A DNA stretch of 32,000 nt from contig JAOUMY010000003.1 of assembly GCA_029881255.1 (NCBI GenBank), forward strand, positions 26,732 to 58,731. The letters are read 5' to 3'. Below the pieces are notes generated by a model that saw only the letters and a list, made by a program, of their open reading frames with translations, made no database searches and had not been told where the DNA came from. This DNA comes from Gammaproteobacteria bacterium (GTDB lineage: Bacteria > Pseudomonadota > Gammaproteobacteria > S012-40). The position numbers and the translations under genes are program-made. Position 1 is the stretch's first letter, and each line of letters starts with the position of its first letter. Shown in pieces: positions 1 to 9,366 of the stretch.

Positions 1-2
1 AC

Positions 3-995
3 AACATCGTAGAAGTAAGCGGCTACTCCTCGGGCACCGGAAGCATATACGCGACGCGTATTGAATTGAAAAAGGCCGACTTCACCGTTGGTGAAGAAAT
101 GGAATTGAAAGGCGTGATCTCCCAACTGACAGACGCTACGTTTGTTATCGGCGGCATGACAGTGAACCACCTGAGTGCCGTACTGGAAGATTTCGAAGGT
201 GTAAGCCTGGCTGATGGTATGTACGTTGAGGTTAAGAGCACAGAAGGACTTGACGGAAACCAAAACCTGATCGCCTCCAAGATTCAACTCGAAAACAAGG
301 ATGGCAAAGGCGAAAAACGCGAAGACGGCGAAGAAATGGAGATCGAAGGTCTGGTCACTGGCGCGGTTAACGCCGATTTGACCGAAGTCGAAATCAACGG
401 CCAAAAGGTGTTACTTCGCGAGAAGACCGAATTCGAACACGGAGATGCAAGCCTATTGCTTGCTGGTACCAAAGTCGAGGTCGAAGGGGAGTTTGATTCG
501 AACGGCGCATTCATCGCCGAAGAAATCAAGTTCCGCGCCGAAGCCAAAATCGAAATGGATGGGATGCTCGAAGCCGTCGACCCTGCCCAACATACCGTTA
601 CAGTATTTGGACAAGTCGTATCGGTTAATAATCTGACCGTGATGGTCGATGAGCGCAACTCTGGCGATATCGAGCCAGTCAAATATTTCAACCTGAGCCA
701 TCTCGCTGTCGGCGACTGGGTCCAGTTGAAGGCGCACAAAGATGAAAGTGGCAACCTGGTTGCTAACAAATTGGAGCGCGATGACGCCGAAGATGCAAAT
801 AACGGTGTGATCGAAGTGGAGCTGCGTGGCGATATCGACGCCGTGCAGGACAATGGACAGTTACTCGTCGCTGGCGTTGCAGTTGATGTAAGTGCCATAG
901 ACGGAAAAAGCTTTGGTGTTGGCATGGAAATCGAGATGCGAGGAACATACGCCAACGGACTTTTCACAGCGACGGATGTGTCTGTAGAAGAGTAA
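3..995 (+). CDS. DUF5666-type repeat protein, 5' end cut by the window edge (paralog of 1880..3334)
   Basis: The frame of track ORF 66..995 stays open back to nt 3 (NIVEVSGYSSGTGSIYATRIELKK...). It is collinear with the last ~335 aa of the downstream paralog (GNIVEVSGFNSGDGFIYATRVEVKK...). It contains tandem ~65-aa beta-rich modules of the form xExxG.V...........V.G..V.........F.......L..G..VEV.G......G.L.A..I. Stop TAA at 993-995. The DUF5666 name is from memory, not a search. Confidence 0.75.
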   Translation, partial: NIVEVSGYSSGTGSIYATRIELKKADFTVGEEMELKGVISQLTDATFVIGGMTVNHLSAVLEDFEGVSLADGMYVEVKSTEGLDGNQNLIASKIQLENKDGKGEKREDGEEMEIEGLVTGAVNADLTEVEINGQKVLLREKTEFEHGDASLLLAGTKVEVEGEFDSNGAFIAEEIKFRAEAKIEMDGMLEAVDPAQHTVTVFGQVVSVNNLTVMVDERNSGDIEPVKYFNLSHLAVGDWVQLKAHKDESGNLVANKLERDDAEDANNGVIEVELRGDIDAVQDNGQLLVAGVAVDVSAIDGKSFGVGMEIEMRGTYANGLFTATDVSVEE

Positions 996-1006
996 TAGGA
1001 TGAAAC

Positions 1007-1024
1007 GGAGACAGGGATGTCTCC
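1007..1024 (+). promoter_or_regulatory. Intercistronic stem-loop (GGAGACA-GGGA-TGTCTCC)
   Basis: Perfect 7-bp stem with a 4-nt loop, 12 nt after the stop of the first gene and 29 nt before the next ATG. No T-tract follows, so it is probably not a full terminator. It may be an attenuator or mRNA-stability element. Confidence 0.25.
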
Positions 1025-1052
1025 ACTACTAACTGGAAAGCAGTAAAGCATT

Positions 1053-1883
1053 ATGAGTGAGCAAGATACCAAAAAGATATTGACGTCAGCGATCTACCGA
1101 GTGTGTCGATCGCTTGTGCGTATCTTGCTGCGTAACGGCATACCCTTCGCAGGGTTTACGGACATCGCCAAGAAAGCCTATGTGGATGTTGCACGCGAGG
1201 AATTCGGTGTTGAAGGCAAGAAGGTTTCAGACTCACGCATTGCCACGATTACGGGGCTAACGCGCAAGGATGTACGACGTGTGAAACTGTTGGATATCCG
1301 CTCAGACACGGAACTTGCCGAACACTATAACCGCGCTGCACGCGTCATATTCGGATGGATACACGACAAGGATTATCAGGACGAAAACGCCAAACCGGTA
1401 CGATTGAAATTTGAAGGAAACAGTCCCTCGTTTAGCGCGCTGACCAAGAAATACAGTGGCGACGTTCCACCCAGAGCAATCTTGGACGAATTGGAACAGG
1501 TAGGCGTAGTCAAGGTGTTAGCCGACGACAGTATCGAAATACTCAAACTCGGTTACATACCTAGCACCAGCCAGGCAGAGAAGCTGAAATTGTTTGGCCG
1601 TGATACTTCCGGGCTGATCGATACCGTAGACCGAAACATTTACAGCGGTGAACAAGCATTTTTTCAACGTAAAGTAAGTTACGACGAATTGCCAGAAGAC
1701 GCGCGAGAAGAAATCCGCGCCATGCTGGAAGTGAAGGGCCAGGAGTTATTGATATATTTTGACGCCATCATGGCAGGTAGAGACGCCAGTCTGAATCCCG
1801 ATCAAAAAGGGAAAAACCACAAGGCTGCTGGTATTGGCATCTACTACTTCGAAGACGATGGCCCAGAGGAACAGGACTCATGA
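1053..1883 (+). CDS. Uncharacterised cytoplasmic protein with an N-terminal HTH-like segment (resembles what I recall as DUF6502)
   Basis: 276-aa ORF with no signal peptide. The segment SDSRIATITGLTRKDVRRV looks like a helix-turn-helix. Its stop overlaps the next gene's start (ATGA at 1880-1883), implying translational coupling. Confidence 0.7.
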   Translation: MSEQDTKKILTSAIYRVCRSLVRILLRNGIPFAGFTDIAKKAYVDVAREEFGVEGKKVSDSRIATITGLTRKDVRRVKLLDIRSDTELAEHYNRAARVIFGWIHDKDYQDENAKPVRLKFEGNSPSFSALTKKYSGDVPPRAILDELEQVGVVKVLADDSIEILKLGYIPSTSQAEKLKLFGRDTSGLIDTVDRNIYSGEQAFFQRKVSYDELPEDAREEIRAMLEVKGQELLIYFDAIMAGRDASLNPDQKGKNHKAAGIGIYYFEDDGPEEQDS

Positions 1884-3334
1884 AACAACAACTGTGGAAA
1901 ACATCGAGCGCTCTGCTGCTCACCCTGTCACTCTTCGCATGTGAAGGTGGCGGCATTACGGGCACAGGTTTTAAAGACCAGGCCGTTGGCGTCATCACCG
2001 GTTTCGGCAGCGTACTTGTCAACGGTATCAAGTTTGAGACCAATAATACCAAGGTGACGATAGACGATATCGAAAACGCCCTGGAAACCGAATTGAAAGT
2101 CGGCATGATAGTCAACATACAAGGCGAGATCGATGAAAACGGCCTCGCAGGATTTGCGAAATCCATTACCTATTCTGACGATGTCGAGGGTACCGTGCTG
2201 GCAAACAATACCTCGGTTGACAACACTCTCAATATTATGGGCCAAACCATTATCGTCAGTCCTGAAACGGTTTTTGGTAGCCAGATCGACACCATTACCA
2301 GAGTAGATGAGATTCAGACAGGAAATATCGTGGAAGTCAGCGGCTTCAATTCTGGTGACGGTTTTATTTACGCCACTCGGGTCGAAGTGAAGAAACTGGC
2401 GCACACTAGTGGAGAAGCGATTGAGGTTTCCGGTTTAATCAAGAGTCTCGATACCCAGGTATTCCTGATTGGCGATATGACGGTAGATTATCGTTCCGCA
2501 GAACTGGTCAATATCCCCAGCAATCAGTTACTCAATGACATGTTTGTTGAAGTGCGCAGCACCGAAGGCATTGATACGGTAAGCAATCGCCTTATCGCCT
2601 CGCGAATCAAACTCGAAGGTGATGGCAAGAAAAAATATCGTCTGGAGAAGGGTCAGGAAATCGAGCTGGAAGGCGTTGTCGCTGACTACAATGCCACTGC
2701 ACAGACTTTTAATCTCAACGGTCAAACCGTGGTGGTAAGCAGCACTACCGAGTTCAAACCCCAGGGTGCCGTGTTACGCGATGGTGCCAAGCTTTCTGTC
2801 AATGGCAGTATCAACGCCAAAGACGAATTGCTTGCCGAGGAGATTGAGATACGCGCCGAGGCCAATCTTAAAGTTCAGGCCTATGTCGAGTGGGTAGATT
2901 CCACTGCACATAGCTTCAAACTGCTCAACAGGACTTTTCTGACCACCAATACCAGCGTGTTCAATGATGAGCGCAACGACGGTTTCGAACCTGTTCGTTA
3001 TATGAATCTGGACCACTTGCGTGAAAATGATTTCGTGGAAGTCAGTGCTTATTATGATGAAGCGGAAGATATCCTGATCGCCACACACATAGAGCGCGAC
3101 GACCCTGAATTCACGCTCAGCAATGCAAGCCAGCAATGGGTGGAAATCAACGGCCTGGTGGCAGAAAACCATTTGCCAGACCTGACTTCAATCAAGATTT
3201 CCGGGATAACCATAGACATCAGTCAAATGTCGGCGGAAGATCAGGCGAATTACATCGTTGGTAAACAGGTTGAGATAATGGGTTACTACGACGAAGTAAC
3301 CCATCTGGTCATCGCCAGCCCGAACGAACCCTGA
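1880..3334 (+). CDS. Lipoprotein built of about six tandem DUF5666-type modules
   Basis: Signal peptide plus lipobox MKQQLWKTSSALLLTLSLFAC|EGGG. Six recognisable repeats of the same ~65-80 aa module as in the truncated gene at 3..995. ATGA overlap with the upstream gene. A strong terminator follows 32 nt downstream. Confidence 0.8.
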   Translation: MKQQLWKTSSALLLTLSLFACEGGGITGTGFKDQAVGVITGFGSVLVNGIKFETNNTKVTIDDIENALETELKVGMIVNIQGEIDENGLAGFAKSITYSDDVEGTVLANNTSVDNTLNIMGQTIIVSPETVFGSQIDTITRVDEIQTGNIVEVSGFNSGDGFIYATRVEVKKLAHTSGEAIEVSGLIKSLDTQVFLIGDMTVDYRSAELVNIPSNQLLNDMFVEVRSTEGIDTVSNRLIASRIKLEGDGKKKYRLEKGQEIELEGVVADYNATAQTFNLNGQTVVVSSTTEFKPQGAVLRDGAKLSVNGSINAKDELLAEEIEIRAEANLKVQAYVEWVDSTAHSFKLLNRTFLTTNTSVFNDERNDGFEPVRYMNLDHLRENDFVEVSAYYDEAEDILIATHIERDDPEFTLSNASQQWVEINGLVAENHLPDLTSIKISGITIDISQMSAEDQANYIVGKQVEIMGYYDEVTHLVIASPNEP

Positions 3335-3365
3335 TCAATCCACCTACTTTCACCTTTAACATTCC

Positions 3366-3402
3366 ATTCACCCACTACAGCGCTAGTGGGTGAATGTTTT
3401 CA
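3366..3402 (+). terminator. Rho-independent terminator of the DUF5666 operon
   Basis: Perfect 12-bp stem ATTCACCCACTA / TAGTGGGTGAAT (3366-3377 / 3384-3395), 6-nt loop, then GTTTTCATTGTT. The track's upstream ATG for argA (3390) lies inside this hairpin, which argues against that start. Confidence 0.8.
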
Positions 3403-3446
3403 TTGTTATGATAAACGCCAATACGTATTCCGGAGATTTTGACACT

Positions 3447-4766
3447 ATGTCTGCCCAAAACACTGATCCATTCGTCAACTGGTTCAGACAATCCTCGCCA
3501 TATATCAACGCGCATCGTCGGCGTACGTTTGTGGTGTATGTGGGCGGCGAGGCTATCATCGAAGAAGACTGCATCCGTGGCATCGTCCACGATATCGCTC
3601 TACTCAATAGTCTGGGGGTAAGACTGGTGTTAGTTCATGGCGCGCGTCCGCAGATAGAGTCATCGCTTAAGGCGCATAGTATCGACGCGCCACTGCATAA
3701 GGGAATACGCGCCACAAGTGTAGAAGCAATGAATGTGGTGCAGTCTACCGTTGGACGTATACGCAGTCAGTTGGAAGCACGCTTTTCCACCGGGCTGGCC
3801 AATTCGCCAATGGCAGGGGCACGCATACGTATACTCGGTGGCAACCTGGTAATGGCAAAGCCTTTAGGCGTACGTGATGGCGTCGACTATGGACATTCAG
3901 GGGAAGTTCGTCGTATCGACAAGGACGCAATCAATTCCATACTGGATCTCGGCGCTGTTGTACTCATTTCTCCCGTGGGCTACTCGCTCACCGGCGAGGC
4001 ATTCAACATCGGCGCAGAAGACGTGGCCACCGATGTTTCCATTTTACTCAAGGCAGACAAGCTGATTCTGTTTACCGATGAGGCCAATATTTGTGATGAC
4101 GATGGCGAAGCCGTACGTCAGTTAAGCACCACCCAGGCCGAAACGTGTGCCCAACAGAGTGGTAAAGACAATCTTCACTTGTTAAGCGGACTGCGTGCCG
4201 CTAAAAACGGCGTTAGACGCGTGCATCTGGTGGATTATCAAACTGATGGCGCCCTGTTGCGCGAGTTGTTCACCCGCGACGGTATCGGCACGCTGATTAC
4301 CACCGACAATTACGATACCTTACGTCAGGCAAATATCGATGATGTCGGTGGCATCCTGGAATTGATTCGCCCTTTAGAAGAGGAAGGCATACTCGTCAGG
4401 CGTTCACGTGAATTACTGGAGACCGAGGTGAATCATTTCACGGTGCTGGAACGTGACGGCATGATTATCGGCTGCGCCGCACTCTATCCGTATCCTGAAG
4501 AATCCGCAGTGGAAATGGCGTGTCTTGCAGTGCACAAGGATTACCAGAATGGCGGGCGCGGCGATACCTTGTTACATACCATGGAAAAACAGGCACGCAC
4601 CCAGGGCTTTCAGCGTTTGTTCGTATTGTCGTCACGCAGTGGGCATTGGTTTCTGGAACGGGGATATGAGGAAAACAGTGTTGATGTTTTGCCGTTAAAG
4701 AAACAGCAGCTTTATAACTATCAACGTAAATCCAAGGTATTTATCAAACCGCTTGCGCAGGACTAG
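3447..4766 (+). CDS. argA: Amino-acid N-acetyltransferase (N-acetylglutamate synthase): amino-acid kinase fold plus C-terminal GNAT
   Basis: FVNWFRQSSPYINAHRRRTFVVYVGGEAI is a typical ArgA N-terminus. The C-terminal GNAT block is VLERDGMIIGCAALYPY...ACLAVHKDYQNGGRGDTLL. I chose the ATG at 3447 (MSAQNTDPF), which has GGAG 11 nt upstream, instead of the track start at 3390. Confidence 0.93.
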   Translation: MSAQNTDPFVNWFRQSSPYINAHRRRTFVVYVGGEAIIEEDCIRGIVHDIALLNSLGVRLVLVHGARPQIESSLKAHSIDAPLHKGIRATSVEAMNVVQSTVGRIRSQLEARFSTGLANSPMAGARIRILGGNLVMAKPLGVRDGVDYGHSGEVRRIDKDAINSILDLGAVVLISPVGYSLTGEAFNIGAEDVATDVSILLKADKLILFTDEANICDDDGEAVRQLSTTQAETCAQQSGKDNLHLLSGLRAAKNGVRRVHLVDYQTDGALLRELFTRDGIGTLITTDNYDTLRQANIDDVGGILELIRPLEEEGILVRRSRELLETEVNHFTVLERDGMIIGCAALYPYPEESAVEMACLAVHKDYQNGGRGDTLLHTMEKQARTQGFQRLFVLSSRSGHWFLERGYEENSVDVLPLKKQQLYNYQRKSKVFIKPLAQD

Positions 4767-4839
4767 GCGCGAGGAAACACGCTGCAGGTGTATCTTTCGA
4801 GGTGAAGTGAAATGCTTTTAAGATCGAAACGACATACTG

Positions 4840-5673
4840 CTATTTCATACCCAGGCGACTGGAGTTTGCCGATGTGTCATAGGCAATAAACTGCGCGCGC
4901 TTGATATCGCTTACATCAAACTCATACGGCGCTTCATAGTCACGACTCACGAAACGATTGTCGATATATAACTCCACATAAGACACCGCGCGATTATCTT
5001 CGACGTTGGCAATCACATGTTGCGCGCCTTGCTGAAGGATATAACCACGAGGCGCCTCGAAATCATTTTCCAGAGACATGTTTGCATAACGCACGGCCTG
5101 CTCAACATCAACTGGTTTTATATCTTGTTGCTGAAACGCGATTTGATCATAAACACTTTCACCAAAGATGCCATGTAGGAGTTGCGCCTGACGCAACTGC
5201 GGATTGATCGCCTTCATTTTCAGTATTGCAACCACGGTATCGTCGGCGACAAAGGCGTGGGTCACGATCAGATTATCGAGCATTAAACCCTGGCCAATAA
5301 GACTATCACCAACCACCACGATGATGGCCTCTGGCATGCGCTCTACCATGTCGATGAAAGCGGACAAGTCGTTTATGCCGTCCATCACCACCACATCACT
5401 ACCTGAAACCGATGACATATCACCAGTCTCTGCCCGATAGGCATAGTATTCAAACTCTGCGTTTTTGACCTCTTGCAACGCTACCCTAACCTTATCGAGG
5501 TTATATCCCATGGAAGTTATCTTGAAATGCGGTGTTGATGCCGCAAAGACGCTGTCGATATTTGCCGCGAGAATTAGCAACACAAGTATGGTTACTAACA
5601 GGCCGCCACGTGTACCGGCCTTTTCGCGCCTGATCTGATAGGCACTTTTGTGCTCAAATGCATTTGAATTCAT
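4840..5673 (-). CDS. Hypothetical membrane-anchored protein with a C-terminal bacterial Ig-like domain
   Basis: I chose the internal start MNSNAFEHK (ATG 5673-5671, GGTGG upstream). One TM/signal-anchor segment (GLLVTILVLLILAANIDSVFA). The C-terminal segment VIANVEDNRAVSYVELYIDNRFVSRDYEAPYEFDV resembles Ig-like (Big_7-type) domains. The central domain is unassigned. Confidence 0.6.
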   Translation of the reverse strand: MNSNAFEHKSAYQIRREKAGTRGGLLVTILVLLILAANIDSVFAASTPHFKITSMGYNLDKVRVALQEVKNAEFEYYAYRAETGDMSSVSGSDVVVMDGINDLSAFIDMVERMPEAIIVVVGDSLIGQGLMLDNLIVTHAFVADDTVVAILKMKAINPQLRQAQLLHGIFGESVYDQIAFQQQDIKPVDVEQAVRYANMSLENDFEAPRGYILQQGAQHVIANVEDNRAVSYVELYIDNRFVSRDYEAPYEFDVSDIKRAQFIAYDTSANSSRLGMK

Positions 5674-5871
5674 TCTTACCACCTGTACTGCATTTATATA
5701 ATAAGTATGCAAATAGTCTACTCCCAAACAGGCGATTACATCATGGGCATTCATCACATAACGTAAAGCCGATGCAAACAACTTATGCCAAGGACATCAC
5801 AGTTCTTGCTGGCTAAGAGAACTTCTAAAGAGATGGAAATGAATTCTGGAAGTGCTCTGAGTCCAGATTAA

Positions 5872-5894
5872 CGAAGCGCCAAACAGGCGCTTCG
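5872..5894 (-). terminator. Stem-loop terminator downstream of argG (possibly bidirectional)
   Basis: CGAAGCGCC-AAACA-GGCGCTTCG, a 9-bp perfect stem, 16 nt after the argG stop. It is followed by TTAATC on the minus strand and TTTCTG on the plus strand. Confidence 0.6.
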
Positions 5895-5910
5895 TTTCTG
5901 AAACACAAAA

Positions 5911-7122
5911 CTAAGCGCGAAGCTTTGCGGCGATACGCATGCGCAGGGCGTTGAGTTTGATAAAACCTTCGGCGTCTTTCTGGTTATAGGCGCCAGCATC
6001 ATCCTCAAAGGTGGCGATATTGGCGTCAAACAGACTATCGGTAGCCGACTCACGACCAACCACAATCACATTGCCTTTATATAGCTTCAATCTGACCGTA
6101 CCGTTGACGCTCGTCTGAGAGGCATCGATCGCCTGCTGCAACATTCTGCGCTCCGGGCTCCACCAATAGCCGTTGTATATCATGCTCGCATAGCGTGGCA
6201 TCAGTTCGTCTTTAAGGTGGGCGGTTTCGCGATCGAGGGTAATCGACTCAATCGCGCGATGGCCTTTCAACATAATCGTGCCTGCAGGCGTTTCGTAACA
6301 GCCGCGAGACTTCATGCCCACATAGCGATTTTCGACGATGTCGGCGCGACCAATCCCGTTCTCGCCGCCTATGCGGTTGAGCAGGATCATCACTTCCGCA
6401 GGTGACATCTCCTTGCCATCCACGGCGACAATGTCACCCTGGCGATAGGTAAGCTCGATATAAACCGGCGCGTCAGGCGCGGCCTCGGGTGATACCGTCC
6501 AGCGCCACATCGACTCTTCCGGTTCCAACCAGGGGTTTTCCAGCTGATCGCCTTCGTAAGAGATGTGCAGCAAGTTCGCATCCATGGAATAAGGCGACTT
6601 TTTACCGCGTTTTTGCTCTATGGGAATGCCATGCTGTTCGGCATAGCCCAGAAGCTTCTCACGGGAAGTCAGATCCCATTCACGCCACGGGGCGATGACA
6701 TGTACGTCTGGCTTTAATGCGTAATAACCCAGCTCAAAGCGCACCTGGTCGTTACCTTTACCTGTTGCGCCGTGTGATACCGCATCAGCGCCGGTCTCAT
6801 TGGCAATCTCGATCTGGCGTTTGGAAATCAGGGGACGGGCGATCGAAGTGCCCAGTAGATATTCCCCTTCATAAATCGTGTTGGCGCGGAACATGGGAAA
6901 CACGAAATCACGGGCATACTCTTCGCGCAGATCGTCGATATAGATCTCGCTCACCCCCATGGCCTTGGCCTTGGCACGGGCCGGTTCCACTTCCTCGCCC
7001 TGGCCGATGTCCGCAGTGAAGGTGACCACCTCGCACTGGTACTCATCCTGCAACCATTTCAGAATAATGGAAGTATCGAGGCCGCCTGAATAGGCCAGCA
7101 CCACCTTCTTGATTTGTGACAT
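5911..7122 (-). CDS. argG: Argininosuccinate synthase
   Basis: [24 protein letters not shown] (ATP-binding AYSGGLDTS motif), [13 protein letters not shown], and 403 aa length all match canonical type-1 ArgG. RBS GAGGG upstream. Confidence 0.97.
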   Translation of the reverse strand: MSQIKKVVLAYSGGLDTSIILKWLQDEYQCEVVTFTADIGQGEEVEPARAKAKAMGVSEIYIDDLREEYARDFVFPMFRANTIYEGEYLLGTSIARPLISKRQIEIANETGADAVSHGATGKGNDQVRFELGYYALKPDVHVIAPWREWDLTSREKLLGYAEQHGIPIEQKRGKKSPYSMDANLLHISYEGDQLENPWLEPEESMWRWTVSPEAAPDAPVYIELTYRQGDIVAVDGKEMSPAEVMILLNRIGGENGIGRADIVENRYVGMKSRGCYETPAGTIMLKGHRAIESITLDRETAHLKDELMPRYASMIYNGYWWSPERRMLQQAIDASQTSVNGTVRLKLYKGNVIVVGRESATDSLFDANIATFEDDAGAYNQKDAEGFIKLNALRMRIAAKLRA

Positions 7123-7262
7123 GTTACGCCCTCTATAGAAAAGCTGAGACGGAAAAGGGCGCTGATTTTATCAAGACCCACGGGTATGGTCGAGGGGAGG
7201 TGCTTAAGTGGTGGCTATAATTGGACGAAAAAGTGTGACGAAGCAGGCAATCAGGAGAGAAC

Positions 7263-7685
7263 ATGGGCCAAACCAACAGCTTAAACCAATTTCAGGATAT
7301 CAGCCGCCTGCTGAGCAAAACCCTGCAACGCCATCTTGGGCTGGTGGTAAAACAGTCTGATCGCGATATCGGTACCCTGATGAAGGTTTTTCAGGAACTC
7401 TTGAGCAAGCTACAGCAGAGCGATACGGACAGCTCAACCACCGCCGATGTAATGGCGATACTCGAAGCCCTGCAATTCCACGATCGTATCACCCAGATAC
7501 TCACCTCATCGCAAAAGAGTCTCGAGGTCTACCTGCAGGCCCTGGATGAGCTGAAAAATGGACAGGATATCGATGTCGCTTCGCTGGAAAAAGAGATTCG
7601 TTCACATTTTGTTGTTGCTGAGCAATATGCCGATGACGATCCGGAAAATAAACCGGTAGATAGTGACAAGCCGATATTTTTCTAG
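7263..7685 (+). CDS. Hypothetical small acidic cytoplasmic protein
   Basis: 140-aa ORF with a good RBS (AGGAGAgaacATG). Predicted helical. It contains LQFHDRITQ, reminiscent of the QDxxxQ active-site helix of CheZ-type phosphatases, but I cannot support an assignment. Confidence 0.55.
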   Translation: MGQTNSLNQFQDISRLLSKTLQRHLGLVVKQSDRDIGTLMKVFQELLSKLQQSDTDSSTTADVMAILEALQFHDRITQILTSSQKSLEVYLQALDELKNGQDIDVASLEKEIRSHFVVAEQYADDDPENKPVDSDKPIFF

Positions 7686-7851
7686 GTTGCACCCGGGAAA
7701 AACGACGGAAGCCGGGAAGATACTGATGTGCGAGCAGCGGTTTTGATGGTGATGTTTTGCGCCATGATGCGAGAATAGAAATCCCGGTTTTTTTTCGATA
7801 TATGCTGGTCATTGTGCAAACGAGTACCGGTTCGATTCCCCGAAATCTTGG

Positions 7852-9132
7852 CTAGTTATCATCGTCCCCAGCCAACTCAACACGGTTACGTCCACCACTC
7901 TTCGCGGTATACAATGCATTATCTGCCGTTTGCATCAAATCTTCCACTGTCATGCCCGGACGCATCTGGGCGATACCGAAGCTTCCCGTGACTTTGAATG
8001 TTTTATCATCATCGCTTCGGAACTCCATGCTTTCCCATCTTTTACGGATACGCTCTATCGCGATATAGGCCTTTTCCTGATCGGTATAGGGCAAAATGAC
8101 AAAGAATTCGTCGCCTCCATAACGACCAACCACATCCTCAGTACGCAATCCGTCTCTCACGCAGTTAGCGAATTCGCTGATAATTCGGTCACCAACATGA
8201 TGACCATGCGTATCGTTTACGCCTTTAAACCTGTCGATGTCGCACATGCACACACTCATTTTGTGGCCATGCCGCGACACGGAATGGAACTCCTCATTCA
8301 GACGCAACATCAATGCATGCCGATTATAAATGCCCGTCAGCGCGTCGGTATTGGCCAGAACATTCAGTTTGTCCGTGGACGACTTGATGCTATTGGCCAT
8401 AGCATTTAAGGCACGCATCAAAATCGAGAATTCGTCGTTCCAGTTTTCCTTGAGACTAACCTCGTAATTACCCCCTTCCACATTGCGCGCAAAGTCCAAA
8501 ACCATTTGCAGACGCGTGGAAAAATTGCGTACCAGAATAAAAGACCCTCCACCAAGCAAAGCCGTCATCAGTCCAACCAGTATCAACACCAGTGTCGTGA
8601 CGCGTTGCAGTTCACTCTGACTTTCCTCGAAGGTGTTATGAAATTCCGTCTTTACCTGTTCCTGCATATTGACCAGATACGCTTCGAGTTGGTTACGCAG
8701 TAGCGCTGTCCGGGTAATCTGCGCCGACAGCTGCGACATATCCTTATCCAGCAAATCCAGTGACAGCTTCCCCGCCACGTCGTTATAGTCGTGAAACATC
8801 TGGTGAAAGGTGTTGAGCCCTACAATGTGCTGACTAATCACCTGCATTTCATCAATGGAATGATTGATTTCCTCTGCATATTCCTTCGCCTTTTCCAATG
8901 CACGCTTGTCACCCAGGAGAACGGTTTCCTCAAACGCGTCTTGCAAACCATTCAGATTCGCGGAGATTTTGCTGACATGCTGGGAAAAAGGCATATAGAT
9001 CGTGTTTAAAGATTCGACCCTGTCGGAGACAGATTGACTGGACATAAAAACGGCCAGCATGGAAATAATGAACACCACAAAGATTAGGGCGCTAAAAGTG
9101 GGAATTAACCAAATTTTTCTACGGACTTCCAT
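7852..9132 (-). CDS. Membrane diguanylate cyclase (periplasmic 4-helix-bundle-like sensor, HAMP, GGDEF with I-site)
   Basis: Two TM segments (IWLIPTFSALIFVVFIISMLAVF and LVLILVGLMTALLGGGSFILV). HAMP-like linker. GGDEF domain LTGIYNRHAL...DIDRFKGVNDTHGHHVGD...RYGGDEFFVILP. RxxD I-site (RTED) five residues before GGDEF. Confidence 0.9.
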   Translation of the reverse strand: MEVRRKIWLIPTFSALIFVVFIISMLAVFMSSQSVSDRVESLNTIYMPFSQHVSKISANLNGLQDAFEETVLLGDKRALEKAKEYAEEINHSIDEMQVISQHIVGLNTFHQMFHDYNDVAGKLSLDLLDKDMSQLSAQITRTALLRNQLEAYLVNMQEQVKTEFHNTFEESQSELQRVTTLVLILVGLMTALLGGGSFILVRNFSTRLQMVLDFARNVEGGNYEVSLKENWNDEFSILMRALNAMANSIKSSTDKLNVLANTDALTGIYNRHALMLRLNEEFHSVSRHGHKMSVCMCDIDRFKGVNDTHGHHVGDRIISEFANCVRDGLRTEDVVGRYGGDEFFVILPYTDQEKAYIAIERIRKRWESMEFRSDDDKTFKVTGSFGIAQMRPGMTVEDLMQTADNALYTAKSGGRNRVELAGDDDN

Positions 9133-9366
9133 TGATGGACTCAGATGTTCAAAAAGCCTTGGATTACCTCGGGACTACTAAGGGTTAGCCGCATGTTTAG
9201 ACAAAGTATTTCCGTTTCTTCCCAGTTTGTCGGCACTTACAGCTGTTTGCTTGAACGTATTGCGGAAAAAATATGCCTGTATGCTTGTGTTAAATGGTTT
9301 TTGCCCAAGCATTAAACTCAGCGGGTGTAGACGTTTTTAAGGCAGGTATCAACAGGCGGGAAAGTG

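Noticed and set aside
284-1072. Long antisense or shadow ORFs in the track, for example 284..1072(-), 1928..2404(-), 13858..14478(+), 16664..17089(+), 25682..26185(+), 29540..30226(+) and 30443..31048(+).
   Set aside because: Each lies fully inside, and opposite or out of frame to, a gene with strong family-level sequence signatures. Their translations are low-complexity (S/T/R/P-rich) with no recognisable motifs. They are typical shadow ORFs.
3389-3406. GTGAATGTTTTCATTGTT upstream of argA, which superficially resembles an ARG box (TGAAT-N4-ATTCA).
   Set aside because: The second half-site matches poorly (TCATT versus ATTCA). The sequence is already explained as the 3' arm and T-tract of the upstream terminator.
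7700-7790. CCGGGA...TCCCGG followed by a T8 run (about 7712-7790), a possible terminator for the 7263 gene.
   Set aside because: The 6-bp arms are separated by about 60 nt, and I could not find supporting internal pairing. The T-run alone is not sufficient, so I left it unannotated.
7829-7839. GGTTCGATTCC, a tRNA T-loop-like string in the gap between the small ORF and the GGDEF gene. It could be a tRNA or tRNA-fragment integration scar.
   Set aside because: The flanking bases (ACCGG...CCCCG) do not form a T-stem. I could not build acceptor, D or anticodon arms from the surrounding sequence. It is most likely a chance match.
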